Source: Candidatus Saccharimonadota bacterium (GTDB lineage: Bacteria; Patescibacteriota; Gracilibacteria; BD1-5; UBA2023). Taken from it: 32,000 nt of DNA. A program made the position numbers and the translations under genes. A model generated the notes under the pieces. The model saw nothing but the letters and a program-made list of their open reading frames with translations, was not told where the DNA came from and did no database searches. The stretch covers positions 1,020,001 to 1,052,000 of the forward strand of contig JAXLZO010000001.1 in assembly GCA_046350815.1 (NCBI GenBank), written 5' to 3'. Shown piece by piece: positions 30,328-32,000 of this stretch (position 1 is the first letter of the stretch; every line of letters begins with the position of its first letter).

Positions 30328-30576
30328 ATGTTTGAACAAGAAATTAAAAAACTGCAGGAAGTTTTAAAATATTCAAGGTTGTGTAATAATAGTGAACTCT
30401 ATTGGTTAGAATTTAAAACCAAATTTAAAGATGAAGAATCTATGCTTGAGCTGTTAGGGAAAAATATTTCCGGAATAGCAAATTCATGTACCTATAATAA
30501 CTATAAAATCCACTGTAAAAGTGGATTTTTAAAGACAAATGGTGGAGATGACGGGAACTGCCCCCGTGTCCTCTGA
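30328..30576 (+). pseudogene. N-terminal remnant of an AlbA_2 (Schlafen-type) domain protein
   Basis: NSELYWLEFKTKF....LGKNISGIANS resembles the E-x-E-x-LEFK / AFAN signature of AlbA_2 proteins common in R-M loci. Similarity is lost after about 55 aa, and the frame runs through a terminator into the tmRNA gene. Confidence 0.3.
30505..30529. terminator. Terminator hairpin immediately downstream of ssrA
   Basis: A 10-bp stem AAAATCCACT-GTAAA-AGTGGATTTT lies 11 nt beyond the tmRNA CCA end. Confidence 0.7.
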
Positions 30577-30988
30577 GGCTCATTGTATACCGGTACGCTT
30601 ATAGAATATTTGGATTACTCCTATTTCACGAGAAATACTCAAAAAGAAATATGAGACCTTTGTGAATACGAATACCTATCACAAAGAGTGAAAGACTTGA
30701 GTATTCGGTAACTCGAAGATACAACTCATCCCACGAGCACGGTAGAATGTGAGGTTGTGAGCAGACCATCTGGCACTCATCCACAATGTGGAGGCTCTAC
30801 TAGTAATGTATGTGTATTACAGAACTAGGCAAAAGCTGGCGCGAACGCTACCTTTGACTTGAAGGCTGAAAGCCCAGCGAAACTACGTTTTGCAGTTGTT
30901 TTTGTCGGTGTTGATCACAGAAGTCGCCGACACCTCCTGAAGCGAGTAGACAACAAGACTATCTCAAAGTAGAATTCTTATCATCCCC
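30540..30988 (-). ncRNA. ssrA: tmRNA (SsrA), about 449 nt
   Basis: On the minus strand, the 5' GGGGAUG pairs with CAUCUCC-ACCA at the 3' end, giving a 7-bp acceptor stem with the G3:U70 alanine identity pair. The T-arm is ACGGG-GGCAGUU-CCCGU. The 5' GAAUUCUAC resembles the D-loop analogue. The internal tag ORF GCA AAA CGU ... GCC UAG (30893-30825) encodes AKRSFAGLSAFKSKVAFAPAFA and is preceded by an A-rich stretch and a TGTCGG/CCGACA helix. Confidence 0.85.
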
Positions 30989-31008
30989 ATGGAACCAACT
31001 GCACACCC

Positions 31009-31036
31009 AGTATAATGAGAATGCCTTGGTGAGCAA
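31009..31036 (-). promoter_or_regulatory. Candidate sigma-70-type promoter for ssrA
   Basis: On the minus strand: TTGCTC, 16 nt, TATACT, ending about 20 nt upstream of the mature tmRNA 5' end. Confidence 0.35.
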
Positions 31037-31052
31037 GAATTATTATGACAAT

Positions 31053-31385
31053 TTAGCCTTCAGGATCAATATTTGATCCGCGCATACCAATACCACCTCA
31101 CCTGCCAATAGGATGTTCTTCAACGAGTGCACCCAAAGCCTCGAAATAATTATCATTCGCTTCTCAACAACTCTTGCAAATACTCCAATTTGGTTGATGT
31201 GGCTTTCAACATGTTGAACAAGCATGAGAGGCTATCAAATCCACTACAGCTCTTCGAATAGCATGAGAGTATTGATTCAATCCGGCAAGACTTACCTCAG
31301 AATAATCAGGCAATTCTCTATACAACTTAAGTGCAGCACGTTCGATTTCACCACGAGCACGAAATTCAGAAACATTCATGCTCAT
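31053..31385 (-). CDS. Hypothetical zinc-ribbon protein (110 aa, table 25)
   Basis: MSMNVSEFRARGEIERAALKLY...HACSTC-G-KPHQPNWSICKSC-G-EAND. Both Gly residues of the CxxCG knuckles are TGA. The gene ends in TAA 31053-31055. Confidence 0.5.
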
Positions 31386-31495
31386 ATAAACAATAGTTTA
31401 AAAAAATATCAGTGATAGTAATCACGTAAAACTTATTGTCAAAATAGAAAATATCGCATTAAATATTACATAACACTAAATAAAATTATTATTAC

Positions 31496-31524
31496 TTGAC
31501 ATTATATATATAAATGATTAATAT
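31496..31524 (+). promoter_or_regulatory. Near-consensus sigma-70-type promoter
   Basis: TTGACA (31496-31501), 17 nt, TAATAT (31519-31524), lying 27 nt upstream of ATG 31551. Confidence 0.5.
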
Positions 31525-31550
31525 ACGTTTGTTATCTATTTTCTATTGGT

Positions 31551-32000
31551 ATGAAAATTAACACAATTCTTGGCATCGCTGCCACAATTTTTGCTACGAC
31601 TCTTGTTACAACTACGCTCACGGCTCAAGCATATGATGTTAACGCATACAATATGGGAGCAAAATCAGATACAGACAATATGGTTCCTTATGCGAGTGAA
31701 ATGAGATTTGCTCCATACTACTGGAACTACAGCACTTCGGACAACCGCAGAACTGAAGTTACAAACTACCGTCGTATGGTCCCTGTAGTGGCTGGCGGAC
31801 GCACTATTACAAATGTAGAGGTAGATGACAGCTTCAACGGTCAATATATCTATACAAGCTGGCGCTACTACCAGGAACGAACTGGTCAAACAAGCTATCC
31901 AGCAAATGCGATTTGGGTAAATACACCGAACGGTTATGGATTTTATGTTTCAACAACAAATTCATATTCTCCGACTACCACTCAATCGATTGTTATATAT
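31551..32000 (+). CDS. Secreted hypothetical protein, 3'-truncated by the window edge
   Basis: MKINTILGIAATIFATTLVTTTLTAQA|YD is signal-peptide-like. The frame is open to the last base of the window. Confidence 0.55.
   Translation, partial: MKINTILGIAATIFATTLVTTTLTAQAYDVNAYNMGAKSDTDNMVPYASEMRFAPYYWNYSTSDNRRTEVTNYRRMVPVVAGGRTITNVEVDDSFNGQYIYTSWRYYQERTGQTSYPANAIWVNTPNGYGFYVSTTNSYSPTTTQSIVIY

Noticed and set aside
30500-30712. Table-25 extension of the 30328 ORF through TGA 30574-30576
   Set aside because: The extension runs through the ssrA terminator hairpin and about 170 nt of the tmRNA gene on the opposite strand. It is an artefact of reading UGA as sense in non-coding DNA.
1-32000. UGA = Trp (code 4) or UGA = Sec as alternative explanations for the in-frame TGAs
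   Set aside because: The TGAs align with invariant Gly residues (GCFWG, [13 protein letters not shown], GxFTLxE, GRAGxxG). Conserved Trp positions use TGG. The density is far too high for selenocysteine, and no Cys-type active-site positions are involved.
1-32000. CRISPR arrays, rRNA or tRNA genes
   Set aside because: By eye I saw no regularly spaced direct repeats, no rRNA-like conserved blocks, and no GTTCGAATC-type T-arm sequences outside coding regions. A computational scan is still advisable.

Overview
AT-rich bacterial chromosomal window that only makes sense if TGA is read as glycine (translation table 25, Gracilibacteria/Absconditabacteria-type lineage). In the supplied standard-code ORF track every conserved gene is cut by in-frame TGAs. 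Those TGAs fall on invariant Gly positions, and all conserved genes end in TAA or TAG. Re-called by eye with that code, the window holds about 35 CDS. The core genes are an IS-interrupted glmS, a type IV pilin-like gene followed by a ~700-aa FN3/LRR surface protein, a bacterial Elp3 homologue, a membrane/PrgI-family cluster, lepA, a nitroreductase, a Nudix hydrolase, a SAM methyltransferase, an M48 protease fused to WG repeats, an msrB-msrA fusion, a YgiD/LigB-type dioxygenase and a DEAD-box helicase. An accessory block follows: an IS200-type tnpA, hsdM-fic-hsdS with hsdS split by an IS, and an AlbA_2 remnant. This block abuts the 3' end of a 449-nt tmRNA gene. Mobile DNA comprises two copies of a 753-bp IS1595-family element: one cut by the window edge and abutting a truncated glmS, the other inside hsdS with a 7-bp TSD. 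There are also two identical, inverted 768-bp IS1595-like copies carrying the same frameshifted transposase and bracketing 20.9 kb. No rRNA, tRNA or CRISPR array was seen. All coordinates, identities and motif matches were derived by eye without alignment or folding tools, and start codons are the least certain part.
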